Source: an uncultured Pseudomonadota bacterium
GTDB taxonomy: Bacteria > Babelota > Babeliae > Babelales > CAIQNR01
Assembly (NCBI GenBank): GCA_964604015.1
Contig: CAZRXF010000006.1
Coordinates: 16,487-80,486, forward strand
Length of the DNA stretch: 64,000 nt
Direction: 5' to 3'
Shown piece by piece: positions 17,395-27,166 of the stretch; the stretch's first letter is position 1, and every line of letters begins with the position of its first letter. Both the position numbers and the translations under genes were made by a program. A model generated the notes under the pieces. The model searched no databases and was not told the DNA's origin. It worked only from the letters and a program-made list of their open reading frames with translations.

Positions 17395-18752
17395 TGGAAA
17401 AAGTTGCAGGATCTTTCCGTGACCCAAGTGGCTATCTCTTTTGGTCCGAAGGTACTCTTAACCGCTCGATAGCCCCTTCGTACTTTCCTCACTATGACGC
17501 ACTCATGTCATCAGGACTGTATCAAAGCCTCATCGATAAAAAATTACTGATTTCTCATACTGAAAAAACGGAGCATTGGTCGAAACAACAACGAGTCATT
17601 GCGCCACAGCTTGTGCCATTCATCTCGTATCCGTATGAGTGGTCCTTCAGTCAACTGAAAGACGCTGCTCTTCTAACCCTTACCATCACCAAAGAAGCAC
17701 TTTCACATGGCATGATCCTCAAAGACGCCTCTGCTTACAATGTCCAGTTTATAGGGTCACACCCGATCTTTATTGATACGCTTTCTTTTGAAAAGTATGA
17801 AGCAGGAAAGCCATGGATTGCATACAAACAGTTTTGTGAACAGTTCTTGGCTCCTCTGGCACTCATGGCATACACAGACATCAGACTTAACTCTTTATTA
17901 AAAGTTAACACACAAGGGGTTGCGCTCGATCTGGCAGCAAAACTTTTACCGTTCAAAACGTATTTTAAACTCCCACTCCTCCTGCATATTCACCTCCATG
18001 CTAATGCACAAAAAAAGTATGAATCTCAGTCAACCAAGAAAACTACTGCTACCGTTTCTCAGACACAGCTTTTAGGACTTCTTGATAACCTGGAAAGTGG
18101 CATAAAAAACTGTACCTACCATGCAACTGGTACCGAATGGGCGGACTATTACAACGACGACAGCTACACCACCACAGGATTTGCAGATAAAAAACGCCTG
18201 GTTGGAGAATTCTTTGCCCTGGCCCAACCAAAAACAACGTGGGACTTGGGAGCAAACAATGGAGAATTTAGCCGCTTAGCAACACAGCACAGCGATCTCG
18301 TTCTTTCCATGGATATCGACCCAGCCTGTGTTGAAAAAAATTATTGTGCCGCCAAGAAAGAACAAAATCAGAAACTTTTGCCTTTGCTTATCGATCTGAT
18401 GAACCCAAGCTGTGCGCTTGGATGGGCAAACAAAGAACGTCAGAACTTGCAAGAACGTCCTCACCCTGATTGCATCCTTGCACTTGCGCTGATACATCAC
18501 CTTGCCATTTCAAACAACGTGCCCCTGGAAGCAGCTGCCGCGTATTGTGCTTCATTAACAACCTGGCTCATCATTGAGTTCGTACCTAAAGAGGATAAAA
18601 AGGTAAAAACATTGTTACAAAGCAGAGCCGATATTTTTGACACCTACGACCAAGACAATTTTGAACACAGTTTTTCCCAATATTTTACCGTTCTTTCAAA
18701 AGAACAAATTAAAGAATCGAAGCGAGCAGTATATTTGATGAAAAAATTATGA
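17394..18752 (+). CDS. two-domain SAM-dependent methyltransferase-like protein
   Basis: 452-aa ORF with an N-terminal SFRDPSGYLF domain and a C-terminal Rossmann-type motif TWDLGANNGEFSRLA ... LSMDID ... ILALALIHHL. Confidence 0.7.
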   Translation: MEKVAGSFRDPSGYLFWSEGTLNRSIAPSYFPHYDALMSSGLYQSLIDKKLLISHTEKTEHWSKQQRVIAPQLVPFISYPYEWSFSQLKDAALLTLTITKEALSHGMILKDASAYNVQFIGSHPIFIDTLSFEKYEAGKPWIAYKQFCEQFLAPLALMAYTDIRLNSLLKVNTQGVALDLAAKLLPFKTYFKLPLLLHIHLHANAQKKYESQSTKKTTATVSQTQLLGLLDNLESGIKNCTYHATGTEWADYYNDDSYTTTGFADKKRLVGEFFALAQPKTTWDLGANNGEFSRLATQHSDLVLSMDIDPACVEKNYCAAKKEQNQKLLPLLIDLMNPSCALGWANKERQNLQERPHPDCILALALIHHLAISNNVPLEAAAAYCASLTTWLIIEFVPKEDKKVKTLLQSRADIFDTYDQDNFEHSFSQYFTVLSKEQIKESKRAVYLMKKL

Positions 18753-20329
18753 ACACACAGCGATATCATTGGCTTATTCCCCTCTTTTCTGCCTGGTTAT
18801 TTGCTTCCTATCCTGTCATTTTTATGTGGTCAAAAAACTGGGAAGACGTTTTTGTTAGAGAAGTAGCACTCGATCTTTCTCTCATTTTTACAGCAACTAC
18901 GGTTCTTTATGTTGCCTACCGCACGTATTTCAAAAATTCAGTCAAGGCAAGCATTGCAGCAAGTCTCAGTAACTTCATGTTCTTTTCGTTTGGGTACATT
19001 TTTAACCATGCATCGCCTACTTTTATTTTGCTCAAAGAAACAACCAAGATATGGAACTACAATGTTCTCATTCCTTTATGGATCGTTCTTTTCTTTGCAT
19101 GTTTATACCGCCTCAAAAGCACTTCAGAAAAATTATGCAGCTTCTTGTACAATCTACAGAACATTCTCAGCCTTGGATTGCTCTTGTCCACATCATTTCC
19201 TCTCTTTGCCCGGTTGTTCCAGAACGATAGGGCTTCTGATGCCACGCCAAAACTGCAGGCATCGGCAAGAAAACGTCCCAATATCTACTACATCATTCTT
19301 GATGAATACGCCCGGCATGACGTTTTAGAGAATTTGTACGATTTTGACAACACCCCCTTTCTCGAAAAGCTTGAGCAACAAGGATTTTTTATCGCACGAA
19401 AAAGTTGTTCTAATTATTCAATGACATCACTCTCATTACCATCGTCTCTTTCTATGAACTTCTTGGATGTTCCCGAAGAAGACAAACAAAAGCCCTATTA
19501 CTCACCATGGCGCTACTCACCTTCCTTAACCATCTCACGCAGTCCCCTCATACAACTTCTCAAAGAGTACGGATATCAATTTGTGCATATATCGAGTGGA
19601 TTCGGGTTTACACTCCAACTAAAAATTGCCGACCTTGAACTGGGAGACTACTATTTTTCATCCTTCACCTCATTTCTTCTTGATAGAAGCCTTTGGGGAC
19701 CCTTTGCTCGACGATTCCCTCGTATAAGCTTAGAAAAAACCCCTGCAAAAACTATTTTAGACCAACTCCATTACCTGGAAGAATCGGCAACCCTTCCCTC
19801 CCCTCATTTTGTTTTTTGTCACATCCTCTGTCCTCATGATCCTTTTGTCTTTGATGAAAATGGAAATGAGGTACCGGAGTACGAAAAGGTCCTTGATCAT
19901 TCAGTCGACTACAGTGAGCCTTACAAAAAACAACTCACTGCTCTTAACCAAAAGCTCCTCCCTACCCTCACTACAATGCTTACCCATGATCCTGACTCTA
20001 TCATCATCATTCAAAGTGATCATGGAGTTGCATGGTACAAAGGGGATTTTAAATATTTTTATGAAAAAGATGGGCGCTTTCAAAGCCGACTTTTACCAGA
20101 ACGCATGGGTATTTTAAATGCCTATCATTTTCCCGAAAACGACAAGCCCTCTATCCCAGAGGACGTAACTCCCGTCAACAGTTTCCGCATCATTCTGAAC
20201 CATTATTTAGGAACAAAGCTCCCTCTCTTACCCAATACATGCTGCTGGTCAATGGTTCCAAGACCTTTTGAATTCATTGAATACCCATCAGAAGAAATTA
20301 ATAAAATCGAAATTAAAAAAGATGAATAA
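18749..20329 (+). CDS. membrane-anchored alkaline-phosphatase-superfamily (sulfatase/LTA-synthase-like) transferase
   Basis: 526-aa ORF with about 5 N-terminal TM helices, then PNIYYIILDEYARHD, HFVFCHILCPHDPF and IIIQSDHG. It overlaps the upstream gene by 4 nt. Confidence 0.65.
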   Translation: MNTQRYHWLIPLFSAWLFASYPVIFMWSKNWEDVFVREVALDLSLIFTATTVLYVAYRTYFKNSVKASIAASLSNFMFFSFGYIFNHASPTFILLKETTKIWNYNVLIPLWIVLFFACLYRLKSTSEKLCSFLYNLQNILSLGLLLSTSFPLFARLFQNDRASDATPKLQASARKRPNIYYIILDEYARHDVLENLYDFDNTPFLEKLEQQGFFIARKSCSNYSMTSLSLPSSLSMNFLDVPEEDKQKPYYSPWRYSPSLTISRSPLIQLLKEYGYQFVHISSGFGFTLQLKIADLELGDYYFSSFTSFLLDRSLWGPFARRFPRISLEKTPAKTILDQLHYLEESATLPSPHFVFCHILCPHDPFVFDENGNEVPEYEKVLDHSVDYSEPYKKQLTALNQKLLPTLTTMLTHDPDSIIIIQSDHGVAWYKGDFKYFYEKDGRFQSRLLPERMGILNAYHFPENDKPSIPEDVTPVNSFRIILNHYLGTKLPLLPNTCCWSMVPRPFEFIEYPSEEINKIEIKKDE

Positions 20330-21086
20330 CTTCCCAAACAGCAATTCAACGTATAATTCGTTTTTCGCTCAACATTACGATTTTTTTTACACTACCAAAA
20401 AGCCCTATCAGCAAGAGGCTCAGAATCTTATTTCTCTTTTTAAACAACAGAGACTCACGGTAGAAAAACCAATCCTCGATATCGGTTGCGGGACAGGTGA
20501 ACATGCACTCCATATTGCACGCCAAGGATATGTGGTGAAAGGAATCGACATTTCGCCTCACATGATACGGCAAGCGCAAGAAAAACAAGGAACACTACAA
20601 AACGTCCACTTCCAATGCCAATCAGTTGAGAAAGAACAAGGCACCTATAGTTATGCTTACGCTCTTTTTAATGTTATCAACTGTCTGAGTGATGAAACAG
20701 CACTCAAGGCATTTTTCGAAGCAGTGGCAAATGCACTTCAACACAACGGTATCTTTGTATTCGATTGTTGGCACACCAAAGCCATCTTAGCAACCCCGCC
20801 AAGGTACTTGGAAGACGACATATCGTTTCCCACCGAAATTGTAAGACGAAAAGTTACTCCCTCTTTTTCTCCTGAAACACTTGAATGCGTACTTACCTAT
20901 CAGTACGCATTCAAAAAAGGCACTGAAGAGGTTATTCACCACATTAGACTTTTTAAAGAGGAAACAATCCTCACTCTTCTTGCTGATTGCGGATTCAAGC
21001 TTGTGGCGTCCATGGGACCTCTCAGCGAATGCCGATCTCTCCTTGAGGCTGACCGGTACAGCACCTACGTTGTACAAAAATGCTAG
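20322..21086 (+). CDS. class I SAM-dependent methyltransferase
   Basis: ILDIGCGTGEHALHIA (motif I), VKGIDISP and GIFVFDCW. The ATG at 20322 overlaps the upstream stop by 8 nt (the ORF track starts at 20268). Confidence 0.85.
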   Translation: MNNFPNSNSTYNSFFAQHYDFFYTTKKPYQQEAQNLISLFKQQRLTVEKPILDIGCGTGEHALHIARQGYVVKGIDISPHMIRQAQEKQGTLQNVHFQCQSVEKEQGTYSYAYALFNVINCLSDETALKAFFEAVANALQHNGIFVFDCWHTKAILATPPRYLEDDISFPTEIVRRKVTPSFSPETLECVLTYQYAFKKGTEEVIHHIRLFKEETILTLLADCGFKLVASMGPLSECRSLLEADRYSTYVVQKC

Positions 21087-21099
21087 ATTTGGTGGTTTC

Positions 21100-21630
21100 A
21101 TGATTTTTCAAGAACTTTCAATACCTGGGGCCTTTCTTCTCACGCTCGAAAAGCACACCGATGAGCGCGGATTTTTCGCACGAACATTTTGTAAAAAAAT
21201 GTTTCAAGAGCATGGCCTGTGCACAGACTTTGTGCAAGACAGTATGTCATATAGTAAAAAACGGGGAACATTGCGCGGACTTCACTATCAAGATCCCTAC
21301 CCAGAAATAAAACTCATTCAATGCATTCAGGGTGAGTTATTTGATGTCATGGTAGATCTGCGCAAAGACTCACCATCATTTGGAACATGGATCTCAGTCA
21401 TCTTAGATGCACAAAACCCACAAGCGCTCTATATCCCCACAGGCATTGCTCATGGATTTCAGTCGTTGAAAGACGACACTATCCTTCTTTATAAAATTTC
21501 AGAATATTACCATCCTGAAACAGCACGAACCCTTCATTGGAATGACCCAACACTTGCCATCACGTGGCCTCTCAAAGAAAACCTCATTATTTCACAAAAA
21601 GATCAATCAGCACCCTTTTTCTCAATGTAA
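21100..21630 (+). CDS. NDP-4-keto-6-deoxyhexose 3,5-epimerase (RmlC-like cupin)
   Basis: 176 aa from the ATG at 21100, with DERGFFARTF, RGLHYQ, KLIQCIQGELFDVMVDLR and GIAHGFQSL. The ORF track's 20881 start runs through the preceding gene. Confidence 0.85.
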   Translation: MIFQELSIPGAFLLTLEKHTDERGFFARTFCKKMFQEHGLCTDFVQDSMSYSKKRGTLRGLHYQDPYPEIKLIQCIQGELFDVMVDLRKDSPSFGTWISVILDAQNPQALYIPTGIAHGFQSLKDDTILLYKISEYYHPETARTLHWNDPTLAITWPLKENLIISQKDQSAPFFSM

Positions 21631-21642
21631 GAAAGGATTTTT

Positions 21643-22818
21643 ATGCAGTACAAAGAAACGGTATTTGGATCGTTCATTGAACAGGTCGACCTTGACGCAG
21701 TCTCAAAAGCACTTGAACTTGGATGGCTTGGACAAGGCAGCTATACCAAAGAGTTTGAAGACAAAGCACAGGCCTATTGTCAGGCATCTGATCGCTATTT
21801 TGTCGGAGTCAGCACTGGTTATGCAGCCATCCACCTTGCACTTGTTCTTGCCGGAGTTAAAAAAGGCGATGAAGTCATCACTCCTTCGCTTAACAACATT
21901 GCTGATTTTCAAGCAATTGAACATACAGGGGCCGATATCGTGTTTTGCGATAGCAGAGATGACAATTTCTGCATCGATTTAGACAAAGCAGAACAACTGA
22001 TTACCCCAAGAACAAAAGCTATCATCATCATCGATTATGGATGCTGGCAACCAGATTATGAAAAAGCTGAATACCTTGCCAAAACATATAATCTTCGGAT
22101 TATTCACGACGCCTGCCACTCATTTGGCTGGAAATACAAGGGAAAAATGATCGGAAGTTTTTCTGATTTTGCAGCATTCAGTTTTGACCCTGTTAAAACC
22201 ATTACCTGCATTGATGGGGGAATCCTTGCTGTTAAAACAGAAGAAGAACAACGCCACGCTCAAGAACTAAGAATTATGGGAATGACACAACCATCAGCCG
22301 TAAATTATCAAAACAGACGCGCCTGGGGATACGACGTTACTAAAGAAGGATTCAGGTACCATCTTGCAAACGTTCACGCCGCGCTTGGTATTGCACAGTT
22401 AGAAAAAATAGACCGTATCACTGCCATCCAGCGCTCTCTTTTTGAGTTATACACTCAGGAACTTTCCGGCATTGAAGAAATGCGCATCCCACATTGCAAT
22501 CTTGATGACATTATTCCGCTTTTATATGTTCCTCGCCTTCCTAAAGATCGCCGCGATGAATTTAGAAAAGTGATGCAAGAACAAGGGTTTGAGACAGGAA
22601 CGCATTGGAAGCCAGGACATCTTTTTACGTACTTCTCTGATCGCAAGAAAGGTGATTTAACCGTTATAAACAACATTTACGAAGAGTTCGTTTCACTTCC
22701 TTTCCACTGTCGCGTAAAACCGGAAAGCATCAAGGAAATAGGCACACTCTGTAAAAAGTTCTTCGCACAACAAGTTTTTACCGGGGTGCAGGTAACAGGA
22801 AGTCAGCCTCAATTATAA
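21643..22818 (+). CDS. DegT/DnrJ/EryC1-type PLP-dependent sugar aminotransferase
   Basis: 391-aa ORF with VGVSTGYAAIHLAL, IIHDACHSFG and FSFDPVKTITCIDGG, where the Schiff-base lysine is retained. Confidence 0.85.
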   Translation: MQYKETVFGSFIEQVDLDAVSKALELGWLGQGSYTKEFEDKAQAYCQASDRYFVGVSTGYAAIHLALVLAGVKKGDEVITPSLNNIADFQAIEHTGADIVFCDSRDDNFCIDLDKAEQLITPRTKAIIIIDYGCWQPDYEKAEYLAKTYNLRIIHDACHSFGWKYKGKMIGSFSDFAAFSFDPVKTITCIDGGILAVKTEEEQRHAQELRIMGMTQPSAVNYQNRRAWGYDVTKEGFRYHLANVHAALGIAQLEKIDRITAIQRSLFELYTQELSGIEEMRIPHCNLDDIIPLLYVPRLPKDRRDEFRKVMQEQGFETGTHWKPGHLFTYFSDRKKGDLTVINNIYEEFVSLPFHCRVKPESIKEIGTLCKKFFAQQVFTGVQVTGSQPQL

Positions 22819-22831
22819 TTCACGCAGAATG

Positions 22832-23698
22832 TTACAATGTTCCTTGGGAAATTTTGTTAAGCGGTGAGCTTTTTACGGCAGCTCTGAATATCTGCTCATC
22901 ACCCCACACTTTCCAGGGAGCATTGTTTTTTTGCCACAGCGCCTCAAGGTGCTCCTGATCACGAACAGTGTCCATACAGTACCAAAACCCATCATGCTGA
23001 TACGCCATAAGTTGCTTTTCTGCAGAAAGCATAGGAAGGACATCGGTTTCAAAAACTGCTTGTGATCCTGATGGACAGTAGTCAAATATGGCTCGATCAC
23101 AGACAAAAAACCCACCATTAATTCTTTCAAGAGCAAGTGGTTTTTTTTCTAAAAATGAAGTCACCAGACCATTTTCTTCTATGCGCAAGTTCCCAAATCG
23201 AGAGGGAGGACACACGCTCGTAAGGGTCGCTATTTTTTTATGAGAAAGATGGAAGTTCATCGTATCTTCAATATTTACATTAGAAAGACCATCACCGTAC
23301 GTCAGGAGAAAGGTATCAGTATCAATGTAAGGAGCTATCTGCAACACTCGTGAACCGGTTTGATCAAGAAGTCCAGTATTTACCAACGTAACTTCCCACT
23401 CTTCCTCATTCTGTTGGTGCTCAATAATGCCACCCGTTCTTGTATTAATCGTGCAATCAACTCCCTGTAACCGATACTGCAAAAAGTATTCTTTTATCAT
23501 TTCACCTTTGTATCCAAGGCAAATAATAAATCGATAGAATCCATACTGAGCATACACTTTCATAATGTGCCAGAGCACCGGCTTTCCACCGACAGGAACC
23601 ATAGGTTTTGGACGAAACTGCGTTTCTTCTCGTAACCGAGTCCCCAAACCACCTGCCAAAATGACTACTGGATTTTCATATTTCTTTTTCATCAACAT
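22832..23698 (-). CDS. rfbF: glucose-1-phosphate cytidylyltransferase
   Basis: VVILAGGLGTRLREETQFRPKPMVPVGGKPVLWHIMKVYAQYGFYRFIICLGYKG, INGGFFV and DGFWYCMDTVRDQEHLEALW match the RfbF pattern along the whole length. There is a ~25-aa C-terminal extension. Confidence 0.9.
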   Translation of the reverse strand: MLMKKKYENPVVILAGGLGTRLREETQFRPKPMVPVGGKPVLWHIMKVYAQYGFYRFIICLGYKGEMIKEYFLQYRLQGVDCTINTRTGGIIEHQQNEEEWEVTLVNTGLLDQTGSRVLQIAPYIDTDTFLLTYGDGLSNVNIEDTMNFHLSHKKIATLTSVCPPSRFGNLRIEENGLVTSFLEKKPLALERINGGFFVCDRAIFDYCPSGSQAVFETDVLPMLSAEKQLMAYQHDGFWYCMDTVRDQEHLEALWQKNNAPWKVWGDEQIFRAAVKSSPLNKISQGTL

Positions 23699-24795
23699 CT
23701 TATAAGCCTCCAGGTATCTTCAAATCCACCTCTTGTTGCCTCAACGTGCGATCCTTTAATTGCCTTAGTAATTTCCTTGAATTCCAAAGAATAAGGCGAT
23801 GTTTCATCAAAAAGGTAGTGCTGTCCGGCGTCTATCTTTCTGTTTCTCACAGTACTCATGAACTCAACAATGGCTTTTTTTACAAACTGAGGAGCCAATG
23901 CTTTTATTCGCATTTTCTGTCTTGCAAGGAAAGGAAGTTCACGAGGTTCCAAACAAAAGGATTCAAAGACCCCGTCAATAAATGCATTGGAAGCTCTTAC
24001 AGCCTCCCTCATCGCGTCTGCCTCTGATAAACCAACAGATTCCCTAAAACTTTCTGCCAACCCTTGCTCCAACATTCTTTTGTGCTTTTCAAAATCTTTT
24101 CCCAAAAGCCAGGTCACGTTGTAAGTGACGGAAGTGGCCAAGTCACTCATCTCTTTGAAATAAAAAGGCTCTGCAGAAAAATGTCCCTTGCCCCTGATGA
24201 GAGCCTGCATCCCAAACATATTATCGAAAAAGACCAGGCACGGAGCATAGCGATAAGAGCTCATCACACACTCACGAAACTTGTCTGTCCTCAGAACCAT
24301 ATAAAAGAGTCCAATGTTACTTGTCAGAAAGGAATTTAAGCGCTCTAGCGGATTATTTTGTTCAAATGATCGAGGGTTTTCATAATATCCAGAACAAAAC
24401 CAATCGACCATGCCACCCTGAAAACTAAAGCCATACTGATATCCATAGAAAAAACTGTAATCAGGATGATTTTTTAAAAAGGTTGCAGCCTCAGTAATTG
24501 CATGGGGAGAAAAAAAATCGTCATCCCCTGCAATAAGCGTATAGGGAGTGGTCAGGGCATCAAGGCATCCTGCTACCTTCTGGGCAAACGAGGTACTTGG
24601 ATCAAATTCAAGGTGCACAGGAGAATAAGATGTATCTGATATAGCTTGTACAAAGCTTCTTGTGTACTTCTTGTCCTCTTCCTTGTTTGAATCAACAACA
24701 ACTACTTTTGCCTGAGGGATCATTTTTTTATAAAAAGAAAGTGCTCGCTTTAGATGTTCAGGATTTCGGTACGTTAACAATACGATGGTAACCAT
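23692..24795 (-). CDS. GT-A-like glycosyltransferase-domain protein, paralogue A
   Basis: 367 aa from the ATG at 24795 (GGAGGAG upstream), with MVTIVLLTYRNPEHLKRAL and IAGDDDFF (DxD-like). It is clearly paralogous to the next gene. Confidence 0.65.
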   Translation of the reverse strand: MVTIVLLTYRNPEHLKRALSFYKKMIPQAKVVVVDSNKEEDKKYTRSFVQAISDTSYSPVHLEFDPSTSFAQKVAGCLDALTTPYTLIAGDDDFFSPHAITEAATFLKNHPDYSFFYGYQYGFSFQGGMVDWFCSGYYENPRSFEQNNPLERLNSFLTSNIGLFYMVLRTDKFRECVMSSYRYAPCLVFFDNMFGMQALIRGKGHFSAEPFYFKEMSDLATSVTYNVTWLLGKDFEKHKRMLEQGLAESFRESVGLSEADAMREAVRASNAFIDGVFESFCLEPRELPFLARQKMRIKALAPQFVKKAIVEFMSTVRNRKIDAGQHYLFDETSPYSLEFKEITKAIKGSHVEATRGGFEDTWRLIRC

Positions 24796-24802
24796 GCTCC
24801 TC

Positions 24803-25882
24803 CTAAATGCGTTTTGTGTACCTAAAATCATCTGTTCGAAGCGCCATGATACCCGATGAAGCAATCTCATGTTTCATGATTTCAAATTCCTTTGCGTACA
24901 CTGACTTTTTATCTAAAAGAGCAGAGCGATTTGCTGAAATGAAGAAATTTTTTATTCCAAATTTTACCTGTGCCAAAGCATCTTGCACTCGTTGAGGCAG
25001 TTTTCCCTTGATCACTTTTTTCAATGAATGCTCCTGTTCAAAAGTCAAAGCAGTTCGGTGCTCTATAAACTCATCGATACATTGCGAACTTACAGTCTCA
25101 GCCTGTTCAGAAGAACAGAGATTTTTTTCAATAAAAACTTCTTTCAAACACGCCTTCATGCGAACAAAGTCCTGCTTAAATTTTTCACCAATGAGCCACT
25201 CTTGCAAGTAGATCATTCCATACGAATCATCGCTCAACTCCCTCCAATGAAACGGCAGAGGGAGGAATTTCGCCTTTCCTTCAAGAAGAAGAAGCATCGT
25301 TGCGAAATTATCAGAGGTAGCATACTCCCTTGCAACCTTGGCACTACGAGAAAGAACATTTTGAAAAATAGAAGTACGAAAGACACTGTAAAAAGAAGCA
25401 CTGTAGCGCGGGAAAAAGTCTCTAAGCCGTTCAAGCGGTGAATCTTTTTCAAATGAGATCATGCCATCAAAGTAACCGATATAATAGGAAGAAATATCCC
25501 TGCCATCATAGGTAAATCCGTACATTCTTCCATAGGCAAAAGCGTAATCAGGATGAGATTTAAGAAAGTGCATAGCCTCAAGCATTCCTCGTTGCGAAAA
25601 GAAATCATCAACCCCAGCAAGCAGCAGATATGATGTGACAACTTCCCGGCTTACTGCAGCAATCTTCTCGATATAAGAGAGATCTTTATCGTATTCAAAA
25701 AGTACTGGTGCAAAAAGACGTTCCTCAGCTGCTACAAGAACATCCCTCACTTGTTGCCGAAATTCATCTTTGCTTGAATCGGCAATTAAAATGCGCCCCT
25801 TAAATTCGATCTGTTTATAGTATGAAAGTGCACGTTTAAGGTGATCTGGATTATTGTGAGAGAGCAAAAGAATCGTAATCAT
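24803..25882 (-). CDS. GT-A-like glycosyltransferase-domain protein, paralogue B
   Basis: 359 aa from the ATG at 25882, with MITILLLSHNNPDHLKRAL, LAGVDDFF and HPDYAFAYG. It is collinear with paralogue A (HPDYSFFYG, SPLERL/NPLERL). Confidence 0.65.
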   Translation of the reverse strand: MITILLLSHNNPDHLKRALSYYKQIEFKGRILIADSSKDEFRQQVRDVLVAAEERLFAPVLFEYDKDLSYIEKIAAVSREVVTSYLLLAGVDDFFSQRGMLEAMHFLKSHPDYAFAYGRMYGFTYDGRDISSYYIGYFDGMISFEKDSPLERLRDFFPRYSASFYSVFRTSIFQNVLSRSAKVAREYATSDNFATMLLLLEGKAKFLPLPFHWRELSDDSYGMIYLQEWLIGEKFKQDFVRMKACLKEVFIEKNLCSSEQAETVSSQCIDEFIEHRTALTFEQEHSLKKVIKGKLPQRVQDALAQVKFGIKNFFISANRSALLDKKSVYAKEFEIMKHEIASSGIMALRTDDFRYTKRI

Positions 25883-25890
25883 TGTTCCCC

Positions 25891-27159
25891 TTAGGATCGT
25901 ATCTGCCACGTTACTCGTGGTTTTATTTTTCCCTTTTGGTCCTGCCAAAATGTTTCATCAAGCATGAAATCGTTTTGTTGTTCTTGTCGCATAGTAAAGG
26001 AGACTAACTCTTTTTCGGCAAACACCGTTGCTTCATCAAAATCCATCATTTCCCCTTCATTGCCACGATTAAAAATACTCAGACCAACAGCTATCGTTCC
26101 TTCTTGGAAAATATGCTCTGGGATACTGCAAAAGAGCGAAGTCTTTTGTGCCTGTTGGTCAGATGCATAAGAATGCAACAGGTAGGAAGTTGAAAATAAA
26201 AGAGTGCCCGTTTCGTCATAGAAAAAGAGAATGGCAAGGAGTTCCTTTTGCTTATCAACCACCTCATACACAACTTCAATGGTGACTTTTTCTTCCAAAT
26301 TGAATTGCTCAGTTTCTTGCAGCGATGCATTCACCACTTTTACCGCATACAAGGTGATTACCGAGCCAAGGACCAAGCCATCGTGCCCCCACAGCATCGA
26401 ACTGCGTGATAAGGTATTTACTCCCAAATAGGTTTTAATAGCATCAGCAGGCGCTCCCATAAACTGTTGTTGCCCTTTACTGAGCACCATGACACGGGAA
26501 CACAATTTTCTGACCGCTTGAAGTTGATGGGAAACGAAGATAATCGTACGCCCTTCTTTTCCCAATGCACCCATCGAATCAATACATTTCTTTTCAAACT
26601 CATAGTCCCCTACCGCAAGCACTTCATCAATCAACAAGATTTGAGAGCCCAAATGTGCGGCAATCGAAAACGCAAGGCGTAATCGCATACCTGAGGAATA
26701 TTTTTTAACCGGAATTTCAAGAAACTTTTCGATCCCTGAAAATGCCACAATTTCATCGAACTTTTGGCTTACTTCCCAGCGACGCATACCTAAAATGACA
26801 CCGCTCAGATAAATATTTTCTCGGCCCGTCAGTTCTGCATGGAACCCTGTCCCCACTTCTAAAAGGCTTGAAACTCTGCCTCGAATAATCGCTCGACCGC
26901 TGGTGGGAGTCGTAATTTTGCTCAAAATTTTAAGGAGGGTACTTTTGCCCGAACCATTTTTACCAATGATGCCTAGAACCTCTCCTTGCTCGACATCGAA
27001 AGAAACATCATTAAGAGCATAAAAGGTTGATTGCTTAGTTTTACGTCTAAACAACGCTGAAGCCTGCGAAAGAAGCAATTCACGAAAACTCATATCTCGT
27101 TTTTCATACGCATCGATTTCATACGTCTTTGAAAGATGTTCAACAATAATCTGTTTCAT
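25891..27159 (-). CDS. wzt: polysaccharide ABC exporter ATP-binding protein with a C-terminal extra domain (Wzt/TagH-like)
   Basis: Walker A GKNGSGKST, signature YSSGMRLRL and Walker B ILLIDE, followed by a ~170-aa C-terminal beta-rich extension. Confidence 0.85.
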   Translation of the reverse strand: MKQIIVEHLSKTYEIDAYEKRDMSFRELLLSQASALFRRKTKQSTFYALNDVSFDVEQGEVLGIIGKNGSGKSTLLKILSKITTPTSGRAIIRGRVSSLLEVGTGFHAELTGRENIYLSGVILGMRRWEVSQKFDEIVAFSGIEKFLEIPVKKYSSGMRLRLAFSIAAHLGSQILLIDEVLAVGDYEFEKKCIDSMGALGKEGRTIIFVSHQLQAVRKLCSRVMVLSKGQQQFMGAPADAIKTYLGVNTLSRSSMLWGHDGLVLGSVITLYAVKVVNASLQETEQFNLEEKVTIEVVYEVVDKQKELLAILFFYDETGTLLFSTSYLLHSYASDQQAQKTSLFCSIPEHIFQEGTIAVGLSIFNRGNEGEMMDFDEATVFAEKELVSFTMRQEQQNDFMLDETFWQDQKGKIKPRVTWQIRS

Positions 27160-27166
27160 ATGCTTC

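Noticed and set aside
18909-19328. A 139-aa alternative-frame ORF inside the sulfatase-like gene, considered as a possible frameshift or overlapping gene.
   Set aside because: The main frame is continuous and hydrophobic-helix-like across this region. The alternative frame is S/R/C/L-rich with no start signals.
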